64,000 nt of DNA from an uncultured Bacteroidales bacterium (GCA_963823285.1 CAWGKX010000006.1:87648-151647); one strand, 5' to 3'; shown: positions 9,249 through 19,679, counted from the stretch's first letter. The notes: generated by a model from the letters alone, not told the origin. Program-made: numbers and translations.

Positions 9249-11723
9249 ATGATGACCCGATATCGACATATCATTTTACTGATTGCTATTCAGACTGCAA
9301 TTTTTTTAGACGTTGCAGCCCAGCAAACGACGATTACCGGGAAAGTCACGGATTCTTCAGGGCAACCAATGCCGTTTGTAAGCGTTTTCTTCAAAAAATC
9401 CACAACAGGGACAACTACTGATGTGAAAGGATCATATAAATTGACAACGAGCCAGCCTGTCGATTCAATTTATGCAACATCCATAGGTTTTCTGACTCAG
9501 AAAATAGCCGTTAAAAAGGGCATCTCCCAGGTTATCAATTTTCATATGACCGAATCCACCACTAATTTGCCGGAAGTAGAGGTCAGAACAGAAGAGAGCC
9601 TGGTTAAAATACTGATGCGCCGTGTCATTAAAATGAAGGAATTCAATAATCCCGATAAGATAGAGTACTATCAATGTGAGCTCTACAATAAGATTCAGAT
9701 AGATATCAATAACCTGGATAAAAAAGTGCAGGACAGTAAGATATTTAAGCCGATCGATTTTGTTTTCCAGAATCTTGATACTAATGATCTGACTCATAAA
9801 GTTTATTTGCCGGCCCTGATGACTGAATCGCTGTCGGATTATTATTTCAGGAAATCCCCCCGGGCTACCCGCGAGATCATCAAAGCCAGCCAGATATCAG
9901 GTATTGAAAATCAAAGCCTTACTCAATACCTGGGCGGGATGTTCCTTAATCTCAATATTTATGACAACTACCTTAACGTGTTCGATAAGAATTTCGCCAG
10001 CCCGGTAGCTAATTTTGGATTATCCACTTATGAGTATTTCCTGGAAGATACGGTTTTGATCGATGGCAGAACCTGTTTCCAGGTCAGGTTTGAACCCAAA
10101 AGAAAACAGGAGCTGACATTTTACGGGACGATCTGGATCCAGGATACGACTTTTGCAGTTAAACAGGAAGATATGAGGGTGTCTGGGGATGCTAATTTCA
10201 ACTGGGTCAATGATTTTTACATCTCGCAAATTTATGATAAGGTAAATGGCCAATATTGGGCTCTGACACGTGATTTCCGCCTGGTCGATATGAACCCCTT
10301 CGAGGGAAATACCCTGAAAGCCATTGGCATTTTTGGCCACCGGACTTCGACTTATCACAACTATATCTTCGATCAGCCAAAAGCTGATGAATTTTATACG
10401 ACCCCCACGAATGTTGTTGTGGAAAACGAGGCTTATCACCGGGGTGATGACTGGTGGAAGCAAAACCGGCCCGACAGCCTTGAAAAGAAAGAGAAGCAGA
10501 TCTATACCATGGTCGATTCGGTCAAAAAAGTACCTGCTTACAAATATTATGAAAAAATAGGGTTCCTGCTCGGAACCGGGTACTGGATCAGCGGTAAGTT
10601 TGAAATCGGTCCGGTATATAAGTTTCTAAGCTTTAATGCAATAGAGGGCCTGCGGTTAAGGTTCGGAGGCAGGACAAGCAATAATTTCAGTAAAAAATTA
10701 ATGTTTGAAGGTCATATTGCCTATGGGACCAGGGATCAGAATTTCAAATATGGCTTTGGCATGCAGTACATGCTCGGCAAGAACCCCAGGCGGAGTGTCG
10801 GGATATATTATAATTATGATATGGAGCAGCTTGGCCAGGACCCGAACGCTTTCGCCGAAGATAATTTTTTTGCATCTTTCTTCAGGCGGACACCGGCCAA
10901 TAAATTAACCATGGTAAAAGAGTTCAAAATCTATTATGAACACGAATGGTTTACGGGTTTTTCAAATGCCATTAGATTTATACGCCGCGATGTTTATGCC
11001 CTGGGTGATGAGAAATTCATGATCAATGATAATGGCAGCACTTATGTCGACAATTCATTAGTATCCAATGAAATCCAGCTTTATACCCGATTTGCATACA
11101 GGGAAAGGTATCTCTACGGGGAGTTCGAACGTACTAATCTTGGTACAAAGTACCCGGTGCTGGAGCTGCTTTACGGTTATGGTATACCGGGATTTCCCGA
11201 CAGCGACGTGAATTATCACCGGTTGCAGTTCAAGGTCAGGCAATGGTTCAATGTGGCAAATATCGGCTGGTCGAAGTATATTGTCGAAGTAGGGAAGATA
11301 TGGGGAGTCCTTCCTTACCCGTTCCTGAAGATACATGAAGGTAACGAAACTTTCTTTTATTATCCCGAAGCGAGCAATATGATGAACTATTATGAGTTTA
11401 TCAGTGATACCTACGCACAGGCATATTATACCCATCATTTTGATGGTTTGTTCTTTAATAAGGTTCCTTTTTTGAGAAAACTGAAGTGGAGGGAGGTCAT
11501 CCAGGGCCGGGCAGTTTGGGGCAGCCTGACAGATGCCAATAAGAATTATTCGGTTTTTCCGTCTAACAGCGGAGAGGTCAGCAAGCCTTATTTTGAAGCC
11601 GGATTTGCCGTAGAGAATATTTTTAAGGTGGGAAGAATTGACGCTATTTGGAGGCTTTCTCACCTGGACAATCCGAATGCTGACCGGTTCAGGATATTTT
11701 TTTCATTTAATTTCGCATTCTAA
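9249..11723 (+). CDS. Large outer-membrane-associated protein with an N-terminal carboxypeptidase-regulatory-like domain (DUF5686-like)
   Basis: The ORF track gives 9195..11723. I prefer the ATG at 9249 ([25 protein letters not shown], a signal peptide). The segment [37 protein letters not shown] is CarboxypepD_reg-like. The DUF5686 name is from memory. Confidence 0.6.
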   Translation: MMTRYRHIILLIAIQTAIFLDVAAQQTTITGKVTDSSGQPMPFVSVFFKKSTTGTTTDVKGSYKLTTSQPVDSIYATSIGFLTQKIAVKKGISQVINFHMTESTTNLPEVEVRTEESLVKILMRRVIKMKEFNNPDKIEYYQCELYNKIQIDINNLDKKVQDSKIFKPIDFVFQNLDTNDLTHKVYLPALMTESLSDYYFRKSPRATREIIKASQISGIENQSLTQYLGGMFLNLNIYDNYLNVFDKNFASPVANFGLSTYEYFLEDTVLIDGRTCFQVRFEPKRKQELTFYGTIWIQDTTFAVKQEDMRVSGDANFNWVNDFYISQIYDKVNGQYWALTRDFRLVDMNPFEGNTLKAIGIFGHRTSTYHNYIFDQPKADEFYTTPTNVVVENEAYHRGDDWWKQNRPDSLEKKEKQIYTMVDSVKKVPAYKYYEKIGFLLGTGYWISGKFEIGPVYKFLSFNAIEGLRLRFGGRTSNNFSKKLMFEGHIAYGTRDQNFKYGFGMQYMLGKNPRRSVGIYYNYDMEQLGQDPNAFAEDNFFASFFRRTPANKLTMVKEFKIYYEHEWFTGFSNAIRFIRRDVYALGDEKFMINDNGSTYVDNSLVSNEIQLYTRFAYRERYLYGEFERTNLGTKYPVLELLYGYGIPGFPDSDVNYHRLQFKVRQWFNVANIGWSKYIVEVGKIWGVLPYPFLKIHEGNETFFYYPEASNMMNYYEFISDTYAQAYYTHHFDGLFFNKVPFLRKLKWREVIQGRAVWGSLTDANKNYSVFPSNSGEVSKPYFEAGFAVENIFKVGRIDAIWRLSHLDNPNADRFRIFFSFNFAF

Positions 11724-11737
11724 TACCTGGAGAGATT

Positions 11738-12464
11738 ATGATACTCAGGACCGAAAAAATCATCAAGAAATACAGGCAGAGGATTGTTGTCAATAATGTT
11801 ACCGTTGATGTAAAGCAGGGCGAAATTGTCGGCCTGCTGGGTCCAAACGGCGCCGGCAAAACAACTTCGTTTTATATCATTGTAGGATTGATAAAGCCAT
11901 TTTCGGGAAAGGTTTTCCTGGATAATGACGAGATAACCGAAGAACCGATGTACAAGAGGGCACAGCGTGGAATAGGCTATCTTGCCCAGGAAGCTTCAGT
12001 TTTCAGGAAACTCAGCGTGGAGGATAACATCAGGGCTGTCCTCGAATTCACGAAACTTTCAAAAATCCGGACAAAAAGAAAAACTCGAATCATTGCTCGA
12101 AGAGTTTGGCCTTACACTGGTGCGCAAAAGCCTGGGGATACAATTGTCGGGAGGCGAAAGGAGACGGACCGAAATCGCCCGTTCCCTGGCAGTAAATCCA
12201 AAATTTATCCTTCTTGATGAGCCTTTTGCCGGGGTGGATCCCATTGCTGTTGAAGACATCCAGGAGATCGTATCTCACTTGAAGGATAAAAATATCGGCG
12301 TTTTGATCACCGATCATAATGTACATGAAACCCTGTCCATTACCGATCGGTCTTATCTCTTATTCGAGGGAAAAGTACTGAAGTCGGGCACATCCCAGGA
12401 GCTTGCCGATGATGAGCAGGTCAGGAAAGTCTATTTGGGAGAAAAGTTTGAGTTGAGAAGATGA
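11738..12464 (+). pseudogene. lptB: LPS export ABC transporter ATP-binding protein LptB, split by a +1 frameshift as assembled
   Basis: Two overlapping ORFs (11738..12217 and 11982..12464) together carry Walker [10 protein letters not shown], the Q-loop, the signature LSGGERRR, Walker [10 protein letters not shown] and the H-loop. Removing one A from the A5 run at 12061-12065 gives ...[23 protein letters not shown]... and a 241-aa protein, the expected LptB size. Confidence 0.9.
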
Positions 12465-12477
12465 CATCGGCGAGAAT

Positions 12478-12514
12478 GAGATGGAGTCTCATTTTTGGGA
12501 TGAGACTCCATCTC
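12478..12514. terminator. Perfect 15-bp hairpin between convergent lptB and the 351-aa gene
   Basis: The arm gagatggagtctcat (12478-12492) and the arm atgagactccatctc (12500-12514) are exact reverse complements with a 7-nt loop. There is no clear U-tract on either strand. The hairpin overlaps the last codons of 12489..13544. Confidence 0.5.
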
Positions 12515-13544
12515 GGATCAACCTGATCTCAGACACCGCTTTCACCGCTCTGTCAGAAAAAAAATCGGCCGAAGGAAATAGCCGAAACACCCCGCCATCC
12601 ATATTTTTCGCATCTTCCACTATTATAACTTCAGCCTGGTCATTCCTGTTGAAAATCTCGCTGAAAGTGAAAACGCAACGATATCCATCCACGGCGGCAA
12701 ATACGAAATATCCTGTGCGAATATTCTCGCGGTCAATTTTAAAATATGGCTTCAGTACATCCTTCAAAAGATATCCCTGAAAAGGAGTAGTGCTGTGAAT
12801 GCCCCTTCCCCGCCCGTAGAAGATGGTTTCATATTTCAGTTTTTCTGCTGAGACCGGCACTTGATTGATGTCAGCAAGGAACTTATCACCATTATAAATT
12901 TTAATATCAGGCGACGACATCTGATTCAATTCCCGGTTTACAGGATATGATAAAGATGATGAAAAGACAGTTATTTTAACCGGGTCAGAGATATTTCTCT
13001 CGGTCAGAAGATCAGAACCGACAATGAGTTTGGTCTCTTCCGGCAATGGCCACAGGTCTTTGGTTTTCGAAGGAACGATACGGGCCACTTTTGTGGCAAT
13101 AATGATTTCATTCCGGTGTGCCGGGTAATAAATCTCACCCCAGCTTATCACTGCCGATTCACCTCTGTCGTTCTCCACTTTCACATAAATATCGATGATC
13201 GGAGGGAATTTGGCTTCATTTTTCTTTTTCAGGACGATACGATCAAGTATATCATAAAGCGAATAGCCATCATAGCGGTAAGCGCCGATAAAACAGTTCG
13301 AATCGCCCTGGGCCATCGCCTCCTTTATGACAATCGAGCGCAGCGGAAGCCCGGTAATATCTATAACTCCCGGATTTCCGATTTCACCGGCCATTTCGAT
13401 GGAGGTAGCCCCTTTCAGGCTGAAAGTTTCGGCGTCGTCATAAAAATCATTCGTAGTTTGCTGTGATTTTGCCGGATGGCTTAAGAGTGTCAGAACGATC
13501 ATAAGGTTAAAAATCTGAAAATATCTCATAATGAGCTTATTCAA
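12489..13544 (-). CDS. Secreted two-domain hypothetical protein adjacent to the tungstate-binding protein gene
   Basis: The 351-aa ORF has the signal peptide MNKLIMRYFQIFNLMIVLTLLSHPAKSQ. Two halves of roughly 150 aa share a GY(S/L)L(Y/K)D(I/V)L-type motif. This is faintly reminiscent of molybdopterin-oxidoreductase substrate domains, at low certainty. Confidence 0.45.
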   Translation of the reverse strand: MNKLIMRYFQIFNLMIVLTLLSHPAKSQQTTNDFYDDAETFSLKGATSIEMAGEIGNPGVIDITGLPLRSIVIKEAMAQGDSNCFIGAYRYDGYSLYDILDRIVLKKKNEAKFPPIIDIYVKVENDRGESAVISWGEIYYPAHRNEIIIATKVARIVPSKTKDLWPLPEETKLIVGSDLLTERNISDPVKITVFSSSLSYPVNRELNQMSSPDIKIYNGDKFLADINQVPVSAEKLKYETIFYGRGRGIHSTTPFQGYLLKDVLKPYFKIDRENIRTGYFVFAAVDGYRCVFTFSEIFNRNDQAEVIIVEDAKNMDGGVFRLFPSADFFSDRAVKAVSEIRLIRDGVSSQK

Positions 13545-13588
13545 AAATATATAAATTGATATAATTTGCTGATGGATAGATTAATGGC

Positions 13589-14584
13589 TTAGAATGTATC
13601 AATGGGTTCCGTCGTGTACTTATGCAAATAATCCGGCAGTGTGAGCTCTTTGGAACGTGGGATAGGGATCATTGGCTTAAGTCCGCATTCGTTCAAAATT
13701 TTGATTCCTTTATTATTATCCAGAAGATAATGGAGAAATGCTTCCGCGGCCGCCGGATTGGGCGCTTTATCAAGTTTAGTGATGGCATAAACAATAGATT
13801 CGCCCCTGACCTCAAGCTGGCTGGAAGGAGTGCTGCCCTTGACAGTGACTACGGCTTTCTGATAATGTTCGTTAAAATCCATTTTCTTTAGATTGATCTC
13901 ATCCGGCAGTTCCAGATATTTCAGATCATTCTGGACGGCAACTGACATGTAAATGAAAATATAATCTATCTCATTCAGTTCCAGTAGCGACAAGAGGTCT
14001 ACTTCTTTCGGACGTATATATTTCTGGTCTTTGGCGCATAATTTTTCACAGATACCAGTTTTGTTGAAATAAAGGTCTGCAAGTTGCATGACCATCACTG
14101 TGCGGTAACCGCACGGATCTGCGTCCTTTTCCGCCCGCCCGTAATGGACATCCGGATTTAGAAGGATTTCGGGCCAGTTTTTTGCAGAAATTTCATTCCC
14201 CAGTTTAGATTTGCTGTTATAAGCTATCACCATTTCATTGCTGGCGAAGGGCAGATACCAAGAAGTGTAATCAGGGATGAGAAGATTCTTTATAATCTTG
14301 TAATCGGAAGAAGCCATCAGGTCGCATGGTTTCTTCAGTTCTGTTATTTTCCTTGCGCAATCGACACTGCCGGCGGCTTCAAGAAGGACTTTCACGCCGG
14401 GGTATTCCTTTTCAAAATCCCTGGCTATTCTTTGAAACGGCACGGAAAGACTGCCTGCATGGAAAATGATGATGTCGCCTGAGATGATTGATTTTTCCAT
14501 ATTTTGTTGAGGATTACTGGTGTTTTTGCAAGATACCATCAAAATCAGTAACACAAAGGTATACGGGTATTTCATCATGGTCAT
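13589..14584 (-). CDS. Periplasmic solute-binding lipoprotein, WtpA/ModA-like (tungstate/molybdate)
   Basis: The 331-aa ORF has a lipobox (MVSC) and an IIIFHAGSLSVPF motif like WtpA-type oxyanion binders. It overlaps the ModE-like gene by 4 nt and sits next to AOR. Confidence 0.6.
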   Translation of the reverse strand: MTMMKYPYTFVLLILMVSCKNTSNPQQNMEKSIISGDIIIFHAGSLSVPFQRIARDFEKEYPGVKVLLEAAGSVDCARKITELKKPCDLMASSDYKIIKNLLIPDYTSWYLPFASNEMVIAYNSKSKLGNEISAKNWPEILLNPDVHYGRAEKDADPCGYRTVMVMQLADLYFNKTGICEKLCAKDQKYIRPKEVDLLSLLELNEIDYIFIYMSVAVQNDLKYLELPDEINLKKMDFNEHYQKAVVTVKGSTPSSQLEVRGESIVYAITKLDKAPNPAAAEAFLHYLLDNNKGIKILNECGLKPMIPIPRSKELTLPDYLHKYTTEPIDTF

Positions 14585-14964
14585 TTGATTTTTTTGGTTT
14601 TATTCTTAAACTCTTCATAGGCTTTTTCTACGGCGTCATCCATTTTCGTATGAAGACTATCATAAGCTTCCAGCAATTTTACAGCTTTATCGGTCAGATG
14701 GGATTCTCCGCCTGATTTACCCCCGCGCTGCCTGATAATCAGCTTATACCCCAGCAGACTTTCGGCTTTTTTAAGGTCGCCCCAGGCTTTCCGGTAACTG
14801 GTTTTCATCTCGTCTGCAGCGGCTTTCAAAGAACCTTTCTCCTTGATAAGCTGCAGGAGTTTATACCGGTCCTCCTCAATGATTCCCTCACCCGTTACAG
14901 ATGATAACCATAGTTTATAATTAAGGAATATCTCGAATTTGCTCGGTTTTAATCTGCCCGCCAT
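14581..14964 (-). CDS. ModE-N-terminal-like winged-helix regulator
   Basis: The 127-aa ORF contains LLQLIKEKGSLKAAADEMKTSYRKAWGDLKKAESLLGYKLIIRQRGGKSGG, which matches the ModE/LysR-type HTH pattern. Confidence 0.65.
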   Translation of the reverse strand: MAGRLKPSKFEIFLNYKLWLSSVTGEGIIEEDRYKLLQLIKEKGSLKAAADEMKTSYRKAWGDLKKAESLLGYKLIIRQRGGKSGGESHLTDKAVKLLEAYDSLHTKMDDAVEKAYEEFKNKTKKIK

Positions 14965-15058
14965 AAATGGTTTTCGATATGAGAAATTTTACATATCGTG
15001 ACAAAAATAGTTCAATGTGGGCAAAGAGCAAAATATTGAAGATAAAAAAAGTCCCCAA

Positions 15059-15086
15059 CTTAAACCTTAAACCTTAAACCTCAAAA
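15059..15086. repeat. 7-bp tandem repeat (CTTAAAC x3 plus one degenerate unit) abutting the AOR stop codon
   Basis: Direct reading gives cttaaac cttaaac cttaaac ctcaaaa. Confidence 0.8.
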
Positions 15087-17243
15087 CTACTCCTGCTTGT
15101 CTTTAATAAGCTCGATCAGCTCCGGCAGGTCCATCCCGAGTTTTTGCAGGTGCTCAATCTTTGGAACGCCGTTTTTCGTCCAGCCTCTTCTGAGATAAAC
15201 CGCGTCGAGCAGTTTTTCATACTGTTCTTCCCGGTATTTGCGGGTGATTTTCATTTTTTCTTCGGTGGATAAGCCATTTGGGTCAACACCGATCTTTTCC
15301 TTCATCTGCTTGTCATAGCGATCCGCCCTTGATTCGTATTCTTCCTTTGTGACAGGTCCTGCAGCGCGGTAAGGCTGGGCATCATATTTCCTGGTCCCGT
15401 ATCCCCTGCGCAGGTTGAAAATCCTCTGGAAATTATAAACCCGTTCCGACTGGCGGATCATTTCGGTTTTGTCGAAGGGCTTCCCGGTAACGGCTTTATA
15501 GATGGTCACATAATTATCGACATGTTCGGGAACCTTGGCCGGTTCATCGGTTTCGGCATTGTTCTCCGGCTCCACATCGTTCCATGGAAGTTTGCATAAA
15601 CCGACCAGGCCGAACCAGGTGCGGAACATCGGGAAATAGTGCAAGGCTTCGGCTTTCTTTTCAAAAGTGGGGATCTGGTTATTCACCATATCCATGAAGA
15701 TCAGCCAGGCTTCGTCATGCTGCGGACCTTTGTTGGTCATGGCAAAACCGCCCTGCTGGGCCAGCGATTCCTTGGAAACATACTCCGAATATTCCAGTCC
15801 TTTGATTTCCATGCCGATATCCTGGAGGAAAGCAGGATCGCCCCAACCGTTGTCGGCAAACAATTGCTTCATCCTCCTGATCCCCATCCCGGCGATCACT
15901 CCGAATCCTTCACCTCGTGCAAGCTGGTGAAGGCATTCCATGGCAGAATCCGCATTGCCGAAATTAAGTTTCAATCCGCCCGTGCGTTGTTCGTTCAAAA
16001 TACCGTTTTCATAACATTCCATCATGAATGCCATGAGCGTTCCCCATGAAATGGTGCAAATGCCGTAGGTATCGCAATAGAAATTGGCTTCAATAATATA
16101 ATCCGGGTTGAAAATCCCGCAATTGGAACCGAGACCACCTGCATTTTCATATTCCGGTCCGTCGACAATCACGCTTTCGCCTTTATAAGGCCCGGAGCGA
16201 ATAATGTAATTATCAACCCCTTTCGCGCATGACATGTTACAGCCCATCCAGCAGCCATCAGGAATTCCCTGGGTAAACCTGGATTTCCAGACTTCTGAAT
16301 GGATGAAATTGGCTTCCGGGGAGCTGCCATACTTGTAATTATGAGTAGGAAGAAGGTCATAGTCATTCATAATATTGGTCAGATGGGCAGTGCCTTTCGT
16401 GCGCATTTCGGCCTGTGAATCGTCAAGATCGCGCATTTCCTTATTGAAACGTTGTCCGCGCTCCATGATGGCTTCAAGATCAACGACATTATTCAGGTTG
16501 CCTTTTACTCCTGGTATCTTGGCCACAATTGCCTTGATTTTTTTATTGCGGAGGACCGTCCCTATACCGCCACGACCTGCCTGTTTCAGACGTACTTTTT
16601 TACGACGCGGATCATAGAAACTGAAATTCAGCATCCCGATCAGGGAATATTCGGCTGCCGTACCTGAGCAAACTACGGCAATATTTCTTTTATCCTTTTC
16701 ATCATCTGCATAAAGTTCAGTAAGGTATTCAGCCATAAGATGGGCATCCCTGATATCGGTTTTGATTTCACTGACAGTTACCTTATAATTGATGCCGTCT
16801 ATAAATATGATTACATCTTTTTCAGCTTTTCCCTGTAATTCAATGGCGTCAAAACCCGAGAACTTGAGGAAAGGCCCAAAATAGCCGCCGACATTGCTAT
16901 CTATAGGGATATCGGTCTGGGGTGAGATTGAGACGCAAATGGATTTGCCCGTGCCGGAATACTGAGTAATTCCGCCAATCGGGCCCGAAGATATATTTAT
17001 CTCGTTCTCAGGATCATCCCACTTTGTGTCCGGTTTGGTACCATCCCAGAGAAGCCGAAGCCCATAACCTCTTCCGCCGATAAACTTTTCCTTCATTAAA
17101 GGGGGAACCGGTTTTTCTTTAATCTCACCTGTTCCGACATTAATATATAATGTTTTGTCAGTGTAGCCTTTATCTAGAGGGGTCCAGTCATATGACCATT
17201 CATTCACTACATTCTGGGTTTTGGCGATAGTTGCGATATCCAT
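15087..17243 (-). CDS. aor: Aldehyde:ferredoxin oxidoreductase family protein (tungstopterin enzyme family), long form
   Basis: The 718-aa ORF carries blocks I associate with AOR: KFIGGRGYGLRLLW, GPEYENAGGLGSNCGI, FYCDTYGICTISWGTLMAFMMECYENGIL and NKGPQHDEAW. Confidence 0.85.
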   Translation of the reverse strand: MDIATIAKTQNVVNEWSYDWTPLDKGYTDKTLYINVGTGEIKEKPVPPLMKEKFIGGRGYGLRLLWDGTKPDTKWDDPENEINISSGPIGGITQYSGTGKSICVSISPQTDIPIDSNVGGYFGPFLKFSGFDAIELQGKAEKDVIIFIDGINYKVTVSEIKTDIRDAHLMAEYLTELYADDEKDKRNIAVVCSGTAAEYSLIGMLNFSFYDPRRKKVRLKQAGRGGIGTVLRNKKIKAIVAKIPGVKGNLNNVVDLEAIMERGQRFNKEMRDLDDSQAEMRTKGTAHLTNIMNDYDLLPTHNYKYGSSPEANFIHSEVWKSRFTQGIPDGCWMGCNMSCAKGVDNYIIRSGPYKGESVIVDGPEYENAGGLGSNCGIFNPDYIIEANFYCDTYGICTISWGTLMAFMMECYENGILNEQRTGGLKLNFGNADSAMECLHQLARGEGFGVIAGMGIRRMKQLFADNGWGDPAFLQDIGMEIKGLEYSEYVSKESLAQQGGFAMTNKGPQHDEAWLIFMDMVNNQIPTFEKKAEALHYFPMFRTWFGLVGLCKLPWNDVEPENNAETDEPAKVPEHVDNYVTIYKAVTGKPFDKTEMIRQSERVYNFQRIFNLRRGYGTRKYDAQPYRAAGPVTKEEYESRADRYDKQMKEKIGVDPNGLSTEEKMKITRKYREEQYEKLLDAVYLRRGWTKNGVPKIEHLQKLGMDLPELIELIKDKQE

Positions 17244-17457
17244 TACGTCAAATTTTTATTGTTAATTTTTTAGCAATACAAAAGTAGGAATTTTACTGCC
17301 AGGGAAGATGATTTAAAGTCTTTATTTTCAATATGCAAGATGATGCATAACGGATTGGCGCCAATTGTTTTTCATTCCCAAAGAGTTAACTGAATTATTG
17401 AAAAGCATCGAAATATAGACAGAACTTTTAAATGATTAATTTTGTCCAAATAATCTG

Positions 17458-18069
17458 ATGACTGTTTATAACCGGTCAATGACAATGAATGGCCAGCAAA
17501 TAAAACTCAAGTTGAAGGACAAGGCAGTCGGTATTGCCGGCTGCGGAGGGCTTGGCTCAAATTGTGCCACAGCCCTGGCAAGGGTGGGAGTGGGCTGCCT
17601 TGTTATCGCAGATTATGATAAGGTGGATCAATCTAACCTGAACAGGCAATATTTTTTCACCGACCAGGTTGGCATGGCCAAAGTAATTGCGCTCAAGGAA
17701 AATATTGGCAGGATTGATCCTTTGATAAAGGTAGAAACACATGAAGTATGCCTTGATGAGAAAAATATCCCTGAAATCTTTAAGAATTGCGATGTGATCG
17801 TGGAGGCATTCGATGTGGCGGAGATGAAGGAGTTAATCATTGAGACTGTCCTGGATAAAATGCCGGGCTTATATCTGGTTTGTGGCAGCGGACTTGCCGG
17901 ATGGGGTGAAAATGAATCAATTGGAATGACCAGGTCAGGCAAACTTTTTATATTCGGGGATGGTAGCAATGAAGTATCAGAAGACTATCCTCCGTTGGCA
18001 CCAAGGGTCGGTATCGTGGCGAATATGCAGGCAAACCAGGTGCTGGAAATCCTTTTAGGTAAAATGTAA
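17458..18069 (+). CDS. thiF: ThiF/MoeB-type E1-like adenylyltransferase (short form)
   Basis: The 203-aa ORF contains VGIAGCGGLGSNCATALARVGVGCLVIADYDKVDQSNLNRQ, the nucleotide-binding and NRQ motif. Confidence 0.75.
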   Translation: MTVYNRSMTMNGQQIKLKLKDKAVGIAGCGGLGSNCATALARVGVGCLVIADYDKVDQSNLNRQYFFTDQVGMAKVIALKENIGRIDPLIKVETHEVCLDEKNIPEIFKNCDVIVEAFDVAEMKELIIETVLDKMPGLYLVCGSGLAGWGENESIGMTRSGKLFIFGDGSNEVSEDYPPLAPRVGIVANMQANQVLEILLGKM

Positions 18070-18072
18070 AAA

Positions 18073-18276
18073 ATGGAAATCATTCTTAATAACAATAAGG
18101 AAATTCTGGAAGAAGAAAACCTGTCAGTTGCCGATCTTATCCGTATAAAAAACTTTACATTCAGGTTGCTGGTGACAAAAGTGAATGGTCAGCTTGTCAG
18201 AAAAGAGGACAGGGATAAGGTTTTGATAAAGGATGGGGATGAGGTGATGGTTATGCATTTGATCAGCGGTGGGTAA
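18073..18276 (+). CDS. thiS: ThiS/MoaD-like sulfur-carrier protein
   Basis: The 67-aa ORF has a beta-grasp-like sequence ending ...VMVMHLISGG, with a C-terminal Gly-Gly. It starts 4 nt after the thiF stop. Confidence 0.7.
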   Translation: MEIILNNNKEILEEENLSVADLIRIKNFTFRLLVTKVNGQLVRKEDRDKVLIKDGDEVMVMHLISGG

Positions 18277-18293
18277 AAATACAATCCGGATCA

Positions 18294-18357
18294 GGACTGT
18301 AAGAGGATAAGACGGTAAGACGGTAAGACTGTAGGACTGTAGGACTGTAAGATTAGG
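18294..18357. repeat. 8-bp tandem repeat, 8 units (consensus RGACKGTA)
   Basis: The units read ggactgta agaggata agacggta agacggta agactgta ggactgta ggactgta agattagg. An imperfect hairpin follows at about 18363-18389. The repeat lies between the convergent thiS and folC genes. Confidence 0.8.
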
Positions 18358-18407
18358 TCTATAGCACTTCGGCAACAACGAAGGTGCTACCACCAACAAA
18401 AACCAAA

Positions 18408-19670
18408 TCATTCCTGTCGGCAGCTTTTAATGCAGCCTAGGTAGGCATCTTGAACGGAAGTATAAACCTTTCCTTTTAATCCAAGTGAATTAGCTTTCTT
18501 CCTAAGCTCTTCAGCATCAAGTCCCCTGGGAATATTTGCTTTACAGAAATAATAGATGGCTGATGAAGGCAGCAAACGCAGGATTCCATCAACATCTTTA
18601 TCATTTACCATCCCAAAGACCCAGTGAAGCTTTTGGAATTTTTCCTGCTTTAACTGCTCAAGGATATACTTAATACCAGCTTCATTATGTCCGACGTCGC
18701 ATATTGTTATTGGTTTACGTGAAAGCACCTGCCATCTGCCCTGCAACCCGGTCTGCCGGATGACCTTCTTGAAGCCTTGCCTGATATGTTCATCTGAAAT
18801 AATGAACCCGGCTTCTTTCAGTAACTGCACAGTTTGATAACTGGTGATGATATTTTTTTCCTGGTAGATTCCCCTGAGCGGGCAATAAAACGGGATGCCA
18901 TCCCTGGGAATGGAGTCCCGGTTTTTAGCAAGTATTAAAAACGATCCATTTCTTCCTCCTGCTTTTTCAAATTTATAATGTTGATCTGCGAAAATAATGG
19001 GGGAGTTCAATTTACCAGCCCTGGCAAGGAAGACCTCTTTTACTTCCTCCTGAGTTTCGCCAATAACTACAGGAACGCCGGTCTTTATAATACCTGCTTT
19101 TTCTCCGGCTATCGCCGGCAGGTCATTGCCCAGCAATGCCGTATGATCTCTGCTGATATTGGTTATGACACTGACTAAAGGTGTTATCACATTTGTCGAA
19201 TCCAACCTGCCGCCCATACCGGTCTCTATGATAGCAATGTCAACCTTTTCTTTTGCAAAATATTGAAATGCCATTACAGCGGTATATTCAAAAAATGATG
19301 GGTCTAAATGCTCAAAGGCGTGTTTATTTTTTGTCACGAAGTCACAGACATATACCTTTGGAATTTTCTTTCCATTGAGCTTTATCCTTTCCCTGAAATC
19401 TTTAAGATGCGGGGAGGTATAAAGTCCTGTCTTATAACCTGCACTCTGTAGAATTGATGCTATAAGGTGTGAGGTTGATCCTTTGCCATTGGTCCCGGCA
19501 ATATGCGCCGATCTGAAATAGTTCTCCGGGTGTCCCGATAAAGTACACATGGCAATTGTCGTGTTCAGGTCGGCCCGGTAGGCGGCGGCACCAATCCTGT
19601 GGAACATAGGCAATTGAGCAAACAGGTAATCAACGGTCTGCCGGTAATTCATGCCAATTATTTCCCGCAT
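18408..19670 (-). CDS. folC: Bifunctional folylpolyglutamate synthase/dihydrofolate synthase
   Basis: The 420-aa ORF has the Mur-ligase-type P-loop HIAGTNGKGST, and also SPHL and IIETGMGGRLDSTN. The start may be at Met7 (MNYRQTVDYLF). Confidence 0.9.
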   Translation of the reverse strand: MREIIGMNYRQTVDYLFAQLPMFHRIGAAAYRADLNTTIAMCTLSGHPENYFRSAHIAGTNGKGSTSHLIASILQSAGYKTGLYTSPHLKDFRERIKLNGKKIPKVYVCDFVTKNKHAFEHLDPSFFEYTAVMAFQYFAKEKVDIAIIETGMGGRLDSTNVITPLVSVITNISRDHTALLGNDLPAIAGEKAGIIKTGVPVVIGETQEEVKEVFLARAGKLNSPIIFADQHYKFEKAGGRNGSFLILAKNRDSIPRDGIPFYCPLRGIYQEKNIITSYQTVQLLKEAGFIISDEHIRQGFKKVIRQTGLQGRWQVLSRKPITICDVGHNEAGIKYILEQLKQEKFQKLHWVFGMVNDKDVDGILRLLPSSAIYYFCKANIPRGLDAEELRKKANSLGLKGKVYTSVQDAYLGCIKSCRQE

Positions 19671-19679
19671 TCTGTTTTA

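Noticed and set aside
11738-12464. Frameshifted lptB (and murF at 54410..55704) as genuine pseudogenes or programmed frameshifts
   Set aside because: Both genes are essential and otherwise perfectly conserved. Each break is a single extra base. I recognised no slippery heptamer or stimulatory structure typical of programmed frameshifting. Sequencing error is more parsimonious, but it cannot be proven from the sequence alone.
18124-18411. A 95-aa ORF on the minus strand between thiS and folC
   Set aside because: Its sequence (LTVLQSYSLTVLPSYPLTVL...) is just the translation of the 8-bp tandem repeat. It overlaps thiS and the terminator region.
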